The notes under the pieces: generated by a model
The model's input: the letters and a program-made list of their open reading frames with translations, nothing else
What the model was told of the DNA's origin: nothing
Databases searched by the model: none
Program-made: the position numbers and the translations under genes
Assembly (NCBI RefSeq): GCF_009914755.1
Contig: NC_060925.1
Origin: the human T2T-CHM13v2.0 reference genome, Homo sapiens
DNA length: 64,000 nucleotides
Strand: one strand, 5' to 3'
Part shown: positions 14,985 to 28,219 of the stretch, piece after piece
Position numbering within the stretch: the first letter of the stretch is position 1
Layout: the number at the start of each line of letters is the position of its first letter

Positions 14985-15230
14985 AATAGATAATACATAC
15001 TGAGCTCCTCCTCTGTGCTAGGCACTTAGTACCTCATAATATCTACCCATTTAATCCCCAAAGCAACCCCATGAAATAGATACTTTTAATACCTCCTAGT
15101 CTACAATTGTGGAAACTTTTATAAAGACACAAAGCTTAAACAACTTTCCCAAAATTATATTAATGGCCACTAATGTGGAGGAGTGATTTGCACCTAAGCC
15201 AACTGTCTTGGAAGTCCACATTCTTAGCTG
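14985..15230 (-). mobile_element. MIR
   Basis: TACTGAGCTCCTCCTCTGTGCTAGGCAC...TTTAATCCCCAAAGCAACCCCATGAAATAG. Confidence 0.75.
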
Positions 15231-16059
15231 AAAGGGAAATCTGCGTTTAGTAAAGGTATGAGATGGAGCTAAGTTTCTTCATCTGTATTCTGTAACTTGG
15301 TCATTATAATAATAAACATTATAGGATTCTCAGTTCTCAAAAACTAACAAAAAAAAAAAAAAAAAAGGAAAAAAGGACAGCCTGTGATGTAAAATGTAAA
15401 TGTGCCAAGTAGTTTAGAACCACAGACTTTCAGGGATTTAGTCAAGCTTAGAATCATTCCAAACTATTCATGAACAAAGTACTGAATGATATAAAGGTGA
15501 ATTAGAGACTGCTATTGCCATTGTTGTTGCCTCAAAGGAGCCATAGCAGGTCTGGTATGACTTATAGTAAATCTCCATACAGTCTATGAATTATTGTTAA
15601 TAAAAATTTCAACCCTTCTGTCCCCACCAAAAACAGTCTCATTCTGACAAATTTATATGGCAAATCCTAATCTGAGACAAAGACCTCAGGGAGATCTGTT
15701 CCAAACCTGCAGGACGCATCACAAAGTAGTCCTTGTTACTAGTGTAGCCTTTACTTCATTGGTATTTAGGAAACTTAAAATTCACCTTATGTATTTGTAT
15801 TTGAGTCATTTTACTAATATTCTTGATGCATCATTCCTACTGAATAGGAGTCATCTTCAATATTCCAGCACCCAATCCCAAGAGCAGTGATTCTGATTTG
15901 TGATTACTACCTGGTGACTGGGACCTGACTACTTGCTGAAAGAATTTGGCTATGCTGACTCCCTGCTTACTGACTATGCTTTGTGAGTAGCATCCAGTCT
16001 GTTTCTTAGTGACTGACATCCTTTGACTAGCACAGTTGAACTTAGTTAAACAAAAATTA

Positions 16060-16185
16060 TTGAGTGTAAAGTGATTTAATATCCAATCTCTGGAGTCAAA
16101 TCTTGGCTCCATCATTTACTAGGTGTGTGGCTGTGAGGCAGCTACTAACCTTTGTAATTCCAGTTTACTTCCTCTAAATAAAATA
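16060..16185 (+). mobile_element. MIR fragment
   Basis: CTCTGGAGTCAAATCTTGGCTCCATCATTTACTAGGTGTGTG. Confidence 0.65.
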
Positions 16186-18922
16186 ACAAAAACAAACCAA
16201 CAAAAACAAAAGCAGCAAAAATATTTCGACTTTTCTATGTATACAAACTTTAGAAAAAAATAAGAGAATCAATACTCGAAATGATGAAATCAACAATTGT
16301 GTCACAACCCATGGGAATATAGAGGGGGAAAAGCAATAAATTTATGCATATCACCTTCCTATCATCTCTATCCAGGATTTTATATTGGAAGTGTCATGTC
16401 TGGCATGATATGGGATCTAGTAAGACTGAAATTAGACAGAAGTACAAAGAACTGAGTGAATGCAGGAATCTAAGAGACATAGTTATAGGGAAAAAGCATG
16501 GGCAAGTGTGGTTTGGTCAAGGGACTTGTCAAAAAAGGAGCCAGCATGAGAATCTAAGTTGAGTTACCCAGGAAAGCAGGTGAGATGACTGGAAACTGCA
16601 CCTGGGGGAAGCCATGAGTAGAGACATTTAATTATGCAGGTTGATGTCTCTTCCCTCAAGTCACTTTTAATGAGCTGAGAGTCTGAGGTGGCTGAGATTC
16701 CTTTGACAGCAGTGTGGTTCAGGTTCAGCCCAGCACCTAACCAGAGAAGCAAGGTCTCTAAAATCCTGCATCCACTGCAGTGTCAGAAAGTCACAAAATC
16801 ATAGAAAATTCTCTCATTTTCTTTTTACATTGGAAGACCTATTTCTATGCTGTTGGGGTACTTTTCTTTCCGAACGTTTCAAATATTTCAAGAATTCTAT
16901 TGTGCAACATGTTGAGGTCACAAATGAGAAGAAAGGTAAATTTCTAATTTTTTTTCTTGTTAAAATTGAGAAATTGATGGAACATCAGTTGAGATCATGA
17001 TTTTACACAGAGGCTGCAGTGGCTTTGTTTTCAGTTTATGAAAACAGTTAACAATTTTATTTAACCTGGGAAGATAAAACATTCTATTCTTTCTCAAATG
17101 AACAGGATATCAATTTTAAACTGTGGGCTTATGGTCACATCTTCTTTTCCTAACATATAGGAGATGTTAGAATGTTGCTGTGGGCACTCACACATGACAC
17201 ATGGTGGCTGGACTATAGTGGGGCAGTGAGAGTACAAGTAAGAGTCTCCTAAAGTCCTTATCAAGTGTAATCAGGAGTAAACTCAAAATAAACCGGCTTT
17301 TATGTACAGCTCTAACTATTCCTGAAGACTATTCTGGATTATAGAATTCAGTGAGCTTCTTTCAGGGCCGTAGCTTCATCAAAAAATCAAGGAAAATTTC
17401 AATTCAGTGGCAGGATTACTGTACATATTAGAAGTGATTAGCTGCATTCATGAATCCATAATCACACCTGCAAATGACGAATGAATCTATAGAAATAGGA
17501 AGCATTTCAAAGCCATGAATATGCATGCAGTGTGTTGCCAGAAATATCATAATAAACATAGTTTGTGAGTATCCAGGATCTAGCAATACTGTTGTTATTT
17601 TCCAGATGTCAGAACTCAGCCATTTTGACCAAAACAGATAAACCTGAAGTTCAATATTGAGAAGTCACCATGCATGGTGCTCATTTCAGAAAAGCCAGTT
17701 TTATGTGTGTTAGAGACATAACTATTCTGAGAAGTGGCTTCAGGGGTACCAAGAAAGCTCAATCAATACTCACTCACCCTCTTTATATATCCTCTCCCCC
17801 AAAATAAGATTTATATGTTGGCTGGTGCCTGGACTTTTCTTTATTAAGACTTTACTTTTAGTTTATTAAGGCTATATTTATAATTTTCAGATGGTAGAAA
17901 ATACCACATGCCCACAAATTTAAAACAAACCATGCCATCAGCCTGTTGGCCTTAAAAAACAAAATACAGATGATCTCTTAAGGGACATTTTTAATTGAGA
18001 ATATTGGAGATAGCATGAGGTCTTTGAGGTTTGGGAACTTGAGTTAAATATGTTTGTAATATTGCAATTAAGTGCAGATGAATATATTATATACACCTGA
18101 AGACACACAGTACTTTCTGATTCTCTAACCCTCCATTCATAAGATTGCCTTTACACTTTCATTACTTTCTGAATAATTGCAACAGAGAATTATGGATGTA
18201 TAAAAATGAGGCTTATTCAGAAGCAAACAACACCACACTTAAAACTACAGAGACATTGGGAAGTTAATTTTCTTTTATTCTAATTACATTGGCTTATTCT
18301 CTCTAGATTTAGAGCTTAAATTACCAACTTCTTTGTGAATCATATATTGATGTCATCAATACTCATTAGTGTTACAAACCTCTTGGGGGAAAGCAATGGT
18401 GAAGCCTTAGAAACATGTAGTTTTATGGAACACTGATTAACCCTATAAATATATGCCAAAAAGGAGACTCCTTGGGAAATGCCTGTTTCATTAAAATCCT
18501 TACTTTGTATTCTAATAGATCACCTTGCTGTCTGGAGAAGACAAACTAAATAAAATAATAAGACCTATTTCTTTCCTTTAACCAGTTAGGTGTCTTTTTT
18601 GAAAGATAGACTTTCTGTGGGTAAACCTTCACTTTATTTTACCTAATTTAATTAGGATATGAATTGAGTGATGATGCTATATGATTATAACAATGCAAAT
18701 ATTGAGATATTTGTTGAGTCTTAGAATCAGAATATCATAAAGTGTGATATGAATATGATAAGAAGAAGCAAATTTAAATGAATAAATAAGTATTTTTAAG
18801 GACTGTTCTGGGCCAATTACTGTTCAAGGATGAAGATAAGGAAAGCTCTCCCCTTTTAGATTCCGCAGTATAGGAAATGAAACCAACTAATAACTAGGTA
18901 GCACACAATATTATATGGTGCT

Positions 18923-19699
18923 TGATATAGTCTGAATCTGTGTCCCTGCCCCAATCTCATGTTTAATTGTAATCCCCAGTGTTGGAGGTGGGGACTGGTG
19001 GGAGGTGACTAGATCATGGGGCAGTTTCGTATGGTTTAACAGCATCCCCCAGTGTTGCTCTTGTGATAGAGTTATCATGAGATATGGTTGTTTAAAAGTG
19101 TGTAGCACCTCCCTGCCTCTTGGTCCTGCTCCTGCCATGTAAGATGCCTACTTGTGCTTTGCCTTCTGCCATGAGTAAAAGTTCCCTGAGGTTCCCCAGA
19201 AGCAGATGCTACCATGCTTCTTGATAGGGTTTGGCTCTGTGTCCCCACCCAAATCTCATCTTGAACTGTGTCTCCCATAATTCCCATTGTTGTGGGAGGG
19301 ACCTGGTGGAGATCATTGAATCATGGCAGTGGTTTCCCCCATACTGTTCTCATGGTAATGAATAAGTCTCACATGATCTGATGGTTTTATAGTTAGAAAC
19401 TCCTTTTTCTTGGCTCTCACTCTCTCTTTGCCTGCCTCCATAAGTGTAAGACCTGACTTGCTCCTCCTTGCCTTCCGCCATGATGGTGAGGCTTCCCTAG
19501 CCATGAGGAACTGTAAGTCCAATTAAACCTCTTTCTGTTGTAAATTGCCCAGTCTTGGGTATGTCTTTATTAGCAGTGTGAAAATGGGCTACTACATTTT
19601 CTGTTCAGCCTGTGGGACTGTGAGCCTATTAAACCTCTTTTCTTTGTAAATTACCCAGTCTCAGGTATTTATTTATAGCAGTATAAATTGACTAATACA
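18923..19699 (+). mobile_element. MSTA-like MaLR LTR, interrupted by a THE1 LTR
   Basis: TGATATAGTCTGAATCTGTGTCCC...GACTAATACA; TSD GTGCT/GTTCT. Confidence 0.9.
19222..19596 (+). mobile_element. THE1 LTR nested in the MST LTR
   Basis: TGATAGGGTTTGGCTCTGTGTCCCCACCCAAATCTCATC...GGGCTACTACA. Confidence 0.9.
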
Positions 19700-22674
19700 G
19701 TTCTTAATATCATAAGGAAAATTCAACAACTCACAGGATGCAACAATTGTGGTGATATATACTGGGGACATATAAATCAGTTTTGTGTGTAGAGAGTGGT
19801 AAGGGCAGTTTTCCAAATAATTTTTTTTAAAGCTGTGAGCAGTGGGGTAAATAGAAAACATCAAAACATCAACAGAATATTCTAAGAATGTTCAAAGTGA
19901 AGAATTGTGTGAAAAATGGTATTTCATTAGGGAAACTCAAATGTACTCTTTACGGAGGAGAAGCGAAGCAGAGCACAGTCTGAAGGAGAAAAAGGGACTA
20001 TATAATACATATCTTTTTAAGGCATATACAAGACTTGAATCTCATCTTTAAACTAGTGGAGAACATTGTACAATTTTAAACTAAAGCTACATGTGCTTGC
20101 TCAGGTACTCTGAGACCAAAGGTAAGAGTTCTATCAGTAGTTAGTTTAGCAGTCAATACTCAGTAGCAAATAGATATTTTCTTTTGCGATCTCTCTCTCT
20201 GATTCTATTTCTCTCTTTCCCCTTCCTTCCTCCATTCCTCATTCTCCCGTCATGTTTTTGGGTTCTCTTGATAGCTCTTTCTGTCTTACACATTTATAAA
20301 TGTTTCCTAATGAATAAGTTTAAAAAAATGAGTACATATTGGCACTCATTGACTTACATTCAAAGTTTTGAAAGAAAAAAAAAAGTCAGTCAAGAATCCA
20401 TTTTAAAAACTTTTTTCTATTCTGCCTCTTAAGTCCATCAGAAGAGAATCTTATATTCAGCAAGACTGTATTTCAAAACTTAAGGTGAAATAAATAACTT
20501 TGCAGATAAACAAAAACTGAAAGAATTATTGATAGCCTGTTTACTTTATAGAAAATACTAAAAGGGATTCTTCAGACTGTAAGCAAGTGACTTCCAACTA
20601 TAATTTGAATCCATATAAAAAACAGAGAGCACTGATACAGGTAATTTTGTAATTATAATAATCAGAATAAATGCCAACTTATTTTTCTTTCTTCTCTGAT
20701 GTGACTTAGTAAGCAGCCAAATGAAACAATGTGTATGTAATTATATTGTACCTATAATATAGAAATGTAAGGTATTTGACAAAATACCACAGAAAGATGG
20801 ATTAAGAGTAAACCTCAGTTACCATAAGGCAGTGACACCTGGTGATAATTCAAATCCACAGGAACAAATGAGAAGAACTAGACATGATAAATGTTAATAT
20901 AATATACCTTCTAATTATGTACTGGTTCTTTTTTCTTCTCTGTATGTATTTAACATATATAAAAATAAAGGATATTATTTATAAAACAATCCAATACAGA
21001 GCAGCAGGACACATTATTTGAAAGTGAACATGGAACATTATTCAATATAGTCTATATTGTAGGCAAAACAACAAGCCAAATCATATCTAAAAGGATTAAA
21101 TCTCCAGAAGTATGTTCTGTAATCATAATGCAATAAATTTACAAATCAAAAACAGAAACAATTTTGGAAATTTGCAAATATATGAAAAATTTAAAAACAA
21201 TAATAGCCAATGGGCCAAAAACATAAATCACAAGGAATATTTAGAAAATATTTTCAGATGAAAGAAAAAGAAGACACAACATACCAAAACTTACAGGTTG
21301 CAACAAAAGCCAGTACCTTGTGGATAATTTATGGCTGTAAACACATACGTTAAAATTTAACAGAAAGATTCACCTGCCACCCTAACATACTATCAAAATA
21401 AGAGTAAACTAACCAAAGCAAGTAGAAATAGGAAATGATAAAGATTAGAGTGAAAATTAATGAAACAAAAAAATTCAAATGGAGAACATCAATGAAACTA
21501 AAAATTGGTCGTTTTCTCTGGAAATACCAAAAAAAAAGGAGGGGGGAACAAATCTTTTGCCTGAATGACCTGGGGAAAAAATAGACAATACTGAAATCAC
21601 CAATATCAAGAATGAAAAAGGGGACATTACTAATATAACCTTATTGAGATAAAAATATGTATAAGAAAATACAATAAGAAATAGTATGCCAATGAATTAA
21701 GATAGCTTAGAGAAAATGGAGAAATTCCTAAAACACACGGACTCCCCAAAATGACTCAAAACTTACAAAAAAAAAAAACTAAAGATCTAAAGAGACCTAC
21801 AACTATCACAAGGCTAGAATTAGTAATTTTAAAAACTTTCCAAGAAGACTCCAGGCTCAGATGACTTCAATAGTGGAGTTTAATATTTAAAGAAGAATTT
21901 ATACCAGTAATTTAGACATTAATCCTAAAAATAATAAAAGGGAAAGAACACTTCAAAACTAATTAGTCACCCAATAACAAAGCAAGAGAAAAATATCACA
22001 AGGAAACTACAGACCCATAACTTATGAGTATAAGCATAATAATTCTCAGCAAAAGCTAGATACTAAACTTGGCAATATATGTGAGGGATTTATACATCAT
22101 AGCCAAATAGGATTTATCCCAGGATTGCAAAACTGGTTCAGCATCTGAAAGTCAATGTAAATGACTAAGAAAATACTTGATCATTTTTACGGAGAGAAAG
22201 TATTTAACACAACCTAATATCCTTTCATAATAAAAACACTCAATAGATTAGGAATAGAAGTAGTCTTCCTCAATTTGATGAAGGGAATCTATTAAAACCC
22301 TACACTTAACATAATACTTAATGACTTTCTTAAAGACTGAATGCTTCTCCTCTAAAATCAGGAATAAGACAAGTTTATCTGCCCTCACCACTTTAATTCA
22401 ACATCATACTAGATGTTCCAGCCAGGACCATTATGCGAGAAAAAGAAGTAAAAGGCAGGTTACAACGACGGAGCAAAACTATCTCTGTGAAATGGCCATA
22501 ATCTTGTATGTGGGTAGAGAAGCCAAAGGAATCCACTAATTAATAATAGAACTTATAATAAATGAATTCAGCAGTTACAGGATTCAGGCTTGATTTCCAA
22601 AAAAAAAAAAAAAAAATCTTATTTCTATGCATTAGAAATAAACAATCCAAAAATGAAATTAAGAAAATAATTGT

Positions 22675-24221
22675 TGTGGGTGAGGGCGAGGGTTGTAGGG
22701 TGGGTGGCGGGCAGCGACTCGGAGGAGCTACTGCGCCAGGGAAGGAAGCACATCGGATTTTTACAATCTTGTCATTCTGTGTGGAAGGCCTTCTTAGCCA
22801 GCGTGGAGTGCAGGGCCACTGGCGCTTTGCTTGGCGTGGCCGTGGCGGGGCCCAGTTGGTCCCGACTGCCGGCCCATTCCTACCTTCAGGCACTTCAGAG
22901 AAAGACCAGTGACAGCCTTGGGACGGTGGACATCGTCTTAGTCCCCACCTGCGCCAACTCCCCTAGCCTGACCACAGAAGCCGCAGGGCCACCTACGCCT
23001 CTCTGTTTCCGTGGATGTGTGTGTTTCATTCTCCTTGAGCTGTCTTGGTTGTAGACTCTAGTTTCCCAAAAAAAGAAAAGGAAATAAATATCCAAATTCA
23101 TCTCTCACCAAGATGGAGTTTCGCTGCAAAGAAAAACGTGACTCTAATTCTATGGGATCTGGAGGTAACCCCGCCTTGAGACGGGTGGAGAAGAACCGCA
23201 TCCAGTAGGTTCTGTGCCAGGACGCAGGACACAGTTGTCAAAAAACTGACTGCCTAAGGGGCAAAATTGATAAGCACAGGTTTTGTTTGTTTGTTTGTTT
23301 GTTTTTTGTTTTTTTTTTTGTTTGTTTTTTTTAAGACAGAAACCTTTCGGCATTGCTAAGTTTCAACATTAAGATTTTCAAAGTTGTTGTTTTTTTTTTT
23401 CCTTTTTTCAGGAGACATTTTTCATGAGGTGTTTGAAATTCAGAAACATTTTGATTCTTCTTGGAGTGCAGGAAATAGACAGGATCCCTTAAAAAAAAAT
23501 TAAGAGCCTCACCCTCAGAAACTCTTAGAAAATGGAATCCGGCAGACATTTCCCGTGATGGTCAGGAGAAAAACCCACATGTCAAACTTGGTACCTGAAT
23601 ATGCACCAATTAGCTCCCCAAAACAACAAAACCCGCAACCCCCACCCCCCCAGTAATACACAACTCATAGGGAGTCAGAATTCCAGTGCAGTAAAGAAAG
23701 CTTAGGAAAACGTTTAAGTTCTGAGGAGTCCATATATTAATTAAGAGCAAATCAGGGACCCCTCTCCCTCCCCCCACCACAGAATCTAAGACCTTTCAGC
23801 TTCGAGCCAGGGGCGGGGGATCCCGAGCAAAAGCCTTCCTCGGACATCAGGCCCCTTGACCTCAAGGGCTCCCAGGGCAAACCTAGTTCCCCCCAAAACT
23901 TGAAGTCAGGGAAGCTGCGGCTAGACATTCCCTAAGTGCTGGCACTTACACCCACAACCTGGAAGGCTGTGGACGGATTCCACTAGCGTGGTGACCTCCC
24001 ATTAAAAGGCATCAGGTTTGGAATGTTCATTATCGCTGAGGACCTGGTTAGAGGCATAAAGACCTTTTTTTCACCGTTACCTAATTTTTTTTCCCCCCTC
24101 AAGATTTTTTTTTGGTATGTTGTACAGCAGTATATTTTTTTCGCTTATTTATTCCATTAGTAGATACAGTTTGTACAATGTACAATGGTTTCATTTCAGA
24201 AAATAAAAAAATTCAAACCAT
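22675..24221 (+). pseudogene. Processed (retroposed) copy of a cellular mRNA 3' end, probable 5' inversion; parent not identified
   Basis: Abrupt GC/CpG-rich, non-TE-like block inside the L1; TSD GAAAATAATTGT (22663-22674) / GAAAAAATTGT (24222-24232); AATAAA at 24202-24207; ARE nonamer TTATTTATT at 24145-24153. Confidence 0.8.
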
Positions 24222-24842
24222 GAAAAAATTGTATTTATAATGACCTAAAAATAATAAAATACCTAGGTATAAGTTCAATTATGGAAGTACAAAGCTTACA
24301 GTTTGAAAACTATAAAACATTGTTCAAGTAAATTAAAGAAAACCTAAATAAATAGACATTCCATGTCCGTAGATCAGAAGACTTACTATTAACAAGGTTA
24401 ATATTCCCCAGGTTGACGTATAGATTCAATAAAATCCTATAAAATCTCGTCTTGCTCTTTTGAAGAAATTCATAACATGATCATAAAATTTATACCAAAT
24501 TCAAGTGATCCAGACTAGCCCAAATAATTTGGAAAAGAAGTGATTTTAGAGCACTCATGATTTCCAATTTCAAAACACACTACAAAGTTACAGTAGTCAA
24601 AATAATTCAATACTGGCAAAAGAATAGACATACAGATTAATGGAAGAGAATTGAGAGTCCAGAATAAAATAAAGTTTATGTATTTTTAGTAAATTGGTTT
24701 TCAACTAGGGAACCAAGACAATGCACTAGGAAAGAATGCTCTTTTCAATAAATGATAGGACAACTGCATGCCCATTTGAAAACAGTGAAATTGGACTTCT
24801 TATTTCTAGCACATACAAAGAAATATTCAAAAGAGATAACTG

Positions 24843-25153
24843 GGCCAGGCGCGGTGGCTCACGCCTCTAATCCCAGCACTTTGGGAGGCCGAGACAGGTA
24901 GATCACAAGGTCAGGAGTTCGAGACCAGCCTGGCCAATATGATGAAACCCTGTCTCTACTAAAAATACAAAAATTAGCCGGGCATGCTGGCAGGCGCCTA
25001 TAGTCCCAGCTACTCAGGAAGCTGAGGCAGGAGAATCACTTGATCCCAGGACGCAGAGGTTGCAGTGAGCTGAGATCATGCCACTGTACTCCAGCCTGGG
25101 CTACAGAGCAAGACTCCATCTCAAAAAAAAAAACAAAAAAAACCCCAAAAAAC

Positions 25154-25205
<52 letters not shown>
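24843..25205 (+). mobile_element. AluS with tail-derived (AC)24
   Basis: Full Alu dimer; TSD AGAGATAACTG at 24832-24842 and 25206-25216 encloses the (AC)n at 25157-25204. Confidence 0.95.
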
Positions 25206-25207
<2 letters not shown>

Positions 25208-26075
25208 AGATAACTGACCTAAATGTAAGAGCTAGAAGTTGAAAAATTGTATATGTAGATACAGGAGTAAATACTACATATGTGACGTTGCATTAGACAA
25301 AGCCTTCTTAGATGTGACACCAAAAAAAGAGATGATAAAAGGAAAAATATGTAAATTGGGCTTCCTTAAAATTCAAACTTTTGTGCTTCAAAATAAATGA
25401 TCAAGAAAGTGAGAAGATATCCTATGAAACTTGGAGAAACATTAGTAACCTATATATCATATAAGGGAATTGTATTTGAAATATATACAATATCTTAAAA
25501 TTCAATAATAAAAATAGAAATAGCACAATCAAAAATGAGTAAAGAATCTAAATAAATGTTTTTTCAAAGTAGATTTAAAAATAGCCAAAATCCACATTAA
25601 AAAAAAAATCTCAACATCATTAGCTATCAGGGAAATACAAATCAAAAGCACTATGAGATACCACTTAAGACAAACTGGGATTACTTCATTCAAAAAGAGC
25701 AGACAATAATAAGTGTTAATGTAGATGTGGAAAAATTAAATCCCTCATACACAATTTGTGGAAATGTAAAATGGTGCAGTTCCTTTGGAAAATAGTATAG
25801 CTGTTCCTCCAAAAGTTAAACATACAGTAACCATTTAATATAGTAATTTCACTACTAGTGGAAGATAAATGAAAATATATCAACACAAAAATGTGTGGAC
25901 AAATATGGATATAAGCTTTATGATAGCCAAAATTTGCAAATAATCCAAATATCTATCAGTTGGCTAATAGATAAAATGTGGTAAATTTTTACAATGCAAT
26001 AATGTTCAGCTATAAAAAGGATTAAAATACTGATAACATGCTACATCAAGAATGAATCTTGAAACATTAGGCTGA

Positions 26076-28219
26076 GCTCTGTATTCTGATTCATTGGTTT
26101 ATGTGCCTGTGTTTGTACTAGTACTAAGTTGTGGGGTTATTTTAGCCGTGTAGTATAGTTTGAAGATGGGAAAAATGATACCTCCAGCTTTGTTCCTTTT
26201 TCTTAGGGTTGTTCTGCTTAGGGTTGTTGCTATTCAGGCTTGTTTTTGGTTCCATACAAATTTTAAAGTTTTTTTTTTTCTAATTCTGTGAAGAACGTTA
26301 TTGGTAGATTGATAGGAATAGCAATGTATCTGTAAATTGCTTTGGGCAGTATGGCCATTTTAACTATATTGATTCTTCCTATCCATGAGCATGGAATATT
26401 TTTCCGTTTGATTGTGTCATCTCTGATTTCTTTTGAGAAGTTTTTTGTAATTCTTGTTGTAGAGATCTTTCATCTTTCTGGTTAGCTGTATTCCTATTAT
26501 CTTATTCTTTTTGTGGCCATTGTGAATGGGATTGCATTCTTGATTTGGCTCTCAGCTTGGATATTGTTGATGTATAAGAATGCTACTGATTTTTGTACAT
26601 TGATTATTTATCCTGCAACTTTGCTGAAGTTGTTTATCAGATCAAGGAGCTTTTGGGCAGAGACAATTGGGTTTTCTAGGTATAGAATCATATCATCTGC
26701 AAACAGGGATAGTTTGAATTTCTCTCTTCCTATCTGGATGCCTTTTATTACTTTCTCTTCCCTGATTTCTCTGGGCAGGACTTCCATTAGTATGTTGAAT
26801 AGGAGTGGTGAGAGAGGGCATCCTTGCCTTGTTCTGGTTTTCAAGGGAAATACTTCCAGTTTTAGCCAATTTAGTATGATCTTGGCTGTGGTTTTGTCAC
26901 GGATGTATCTACAACCATCTGATCTTCAGCAAAGTAGACAAAAATAAGCAATAGGGAAAGGAGTCCCTATTCAATAAATGGTGCTGGGATAACTGGCTAG
27001 CTATATACAGAAGATTGAAACTGGACCCCTTCCGTACACCATATAGAAAAATTAATTGAAGATGAATTAAAGACTTAAATGTAAAACTGAAAACTATAAA
27101 AACTCTGGAAATTAACTTAGGAAATACCATTCTGGACATAGGATCTGGCAAATAATTCATGATGAAGACACCAAAAGCAATTAAAACAAAAATAAAAGTT
27201 GACAATTGGGACCTAATTAAACTAAAGAGCTTCTGCATAGCAAAAAAAAAAAAAAAGCTATCAACCGAGTAAGCAGTCGACTTGCAGAATAAGAGAAAAT
27301 ATTTGCGAGCTATGCATCTGACAAAGGACAATATCCAGAATCTATATGGAACTTAAAAAAATCAACTTGCAAAAAACAAACAACCTCATTAAAAAGTGGG
27401 CAAAGGACATGAACACTTTTCAAAAGAAGACATACACGTGGCCAAAAAGCACATGAAAATGCTCAACATCACTGATCATTAGAGAAATGCAAATCAAAAC
27501 CACAATGAGATACCATGTCACACAAGTCAGAATGGCTATTAAAATGTCAAAAAAACCAGATACTGGTGAGGTTGTGGAGAAAGGGGGATGCTTTTATACT
27601 GTTGGTAGGAGTGTAAATTAGTTTAACCATTGTTTAAAGCAGTTTGGCAATTTCTCAAAGAACTCAAAGCAGGATTATCATTCGACCCATCATTTCCTTT
27701 ATTGGGTATATACCCAAAGGAATATAAATCCTTCTACTGTAAAGACAGATGCACAACTTTGGTCATCACAGCACTATTCATAATAGCAAGACATGGAATT
27801 AACCTGAATGCCTATTAATGTTAGACTAGGTAAAGAAAATGTGATACATATTCACCATGAAATACTATGCAGCCATAAAAAGAACACGCTCATGTCATTT
27901 GCAGCTACATGGATGGAGATGGAAGCCATTATCCTAAGTGAACTAAAACAAGAACAGAAAGCCAAATGCCACATGTTCTCACTTATAAGTGGGAGCTAAA
28001 CATCAAGTACATATAAACACAAAGAAGGTAACAACAGACACTGGAGCCTACTTGAGGGTAGAAGGAAGAAGGAGGGTGAGGATCAAAAACCTATCCATCA
28101 GTTGCTATGCTTGCTACCTGGGTGGTGAAATAATCTGTACACCAAATCCCTGTGACATGCAACTTGCCTATATAACAAACTTGCACATGGACCTCTGAAC
28201 CTAAAGTCAAAAGAAAAGT
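26076..28219 (+). mobile_element. L1PA (older primate subfamily) with 5' inversion: 26076-~26899 inverted, ~26900-28219 sense
   Basis: Perfect TSD ACATTAGGCTGA (26064-26075, 28220-28231); the inverted part encodes RT motifs GCPLSPLLF and [10 protein letters not shown] on the minus strand. Confidence 0.92.

Noticed and set aside
22540-23101. Overlapping 68-127 aa ORFs on both strands around the retrocopy junction
   Set aside because: Several cross the L1/retrocopy or putative inversion junctions, one starts at TTG, and GC-rich DNA has few stops; no evidence they are genes.
22675-24221. Assigning a gene symbol to the retrocopy parent (ZFP36L1 and KLF-type genes considered)
   Set aside because: The deduced C-terminus does not match those proteins as I recall them; I cannot name the parent without a search.
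26513-27331. 144-aa and 140-aa hydrophobic ORFs resembling membrane proteins
   Set aside because: Antisense shadows of A-rich L1 ORF2.
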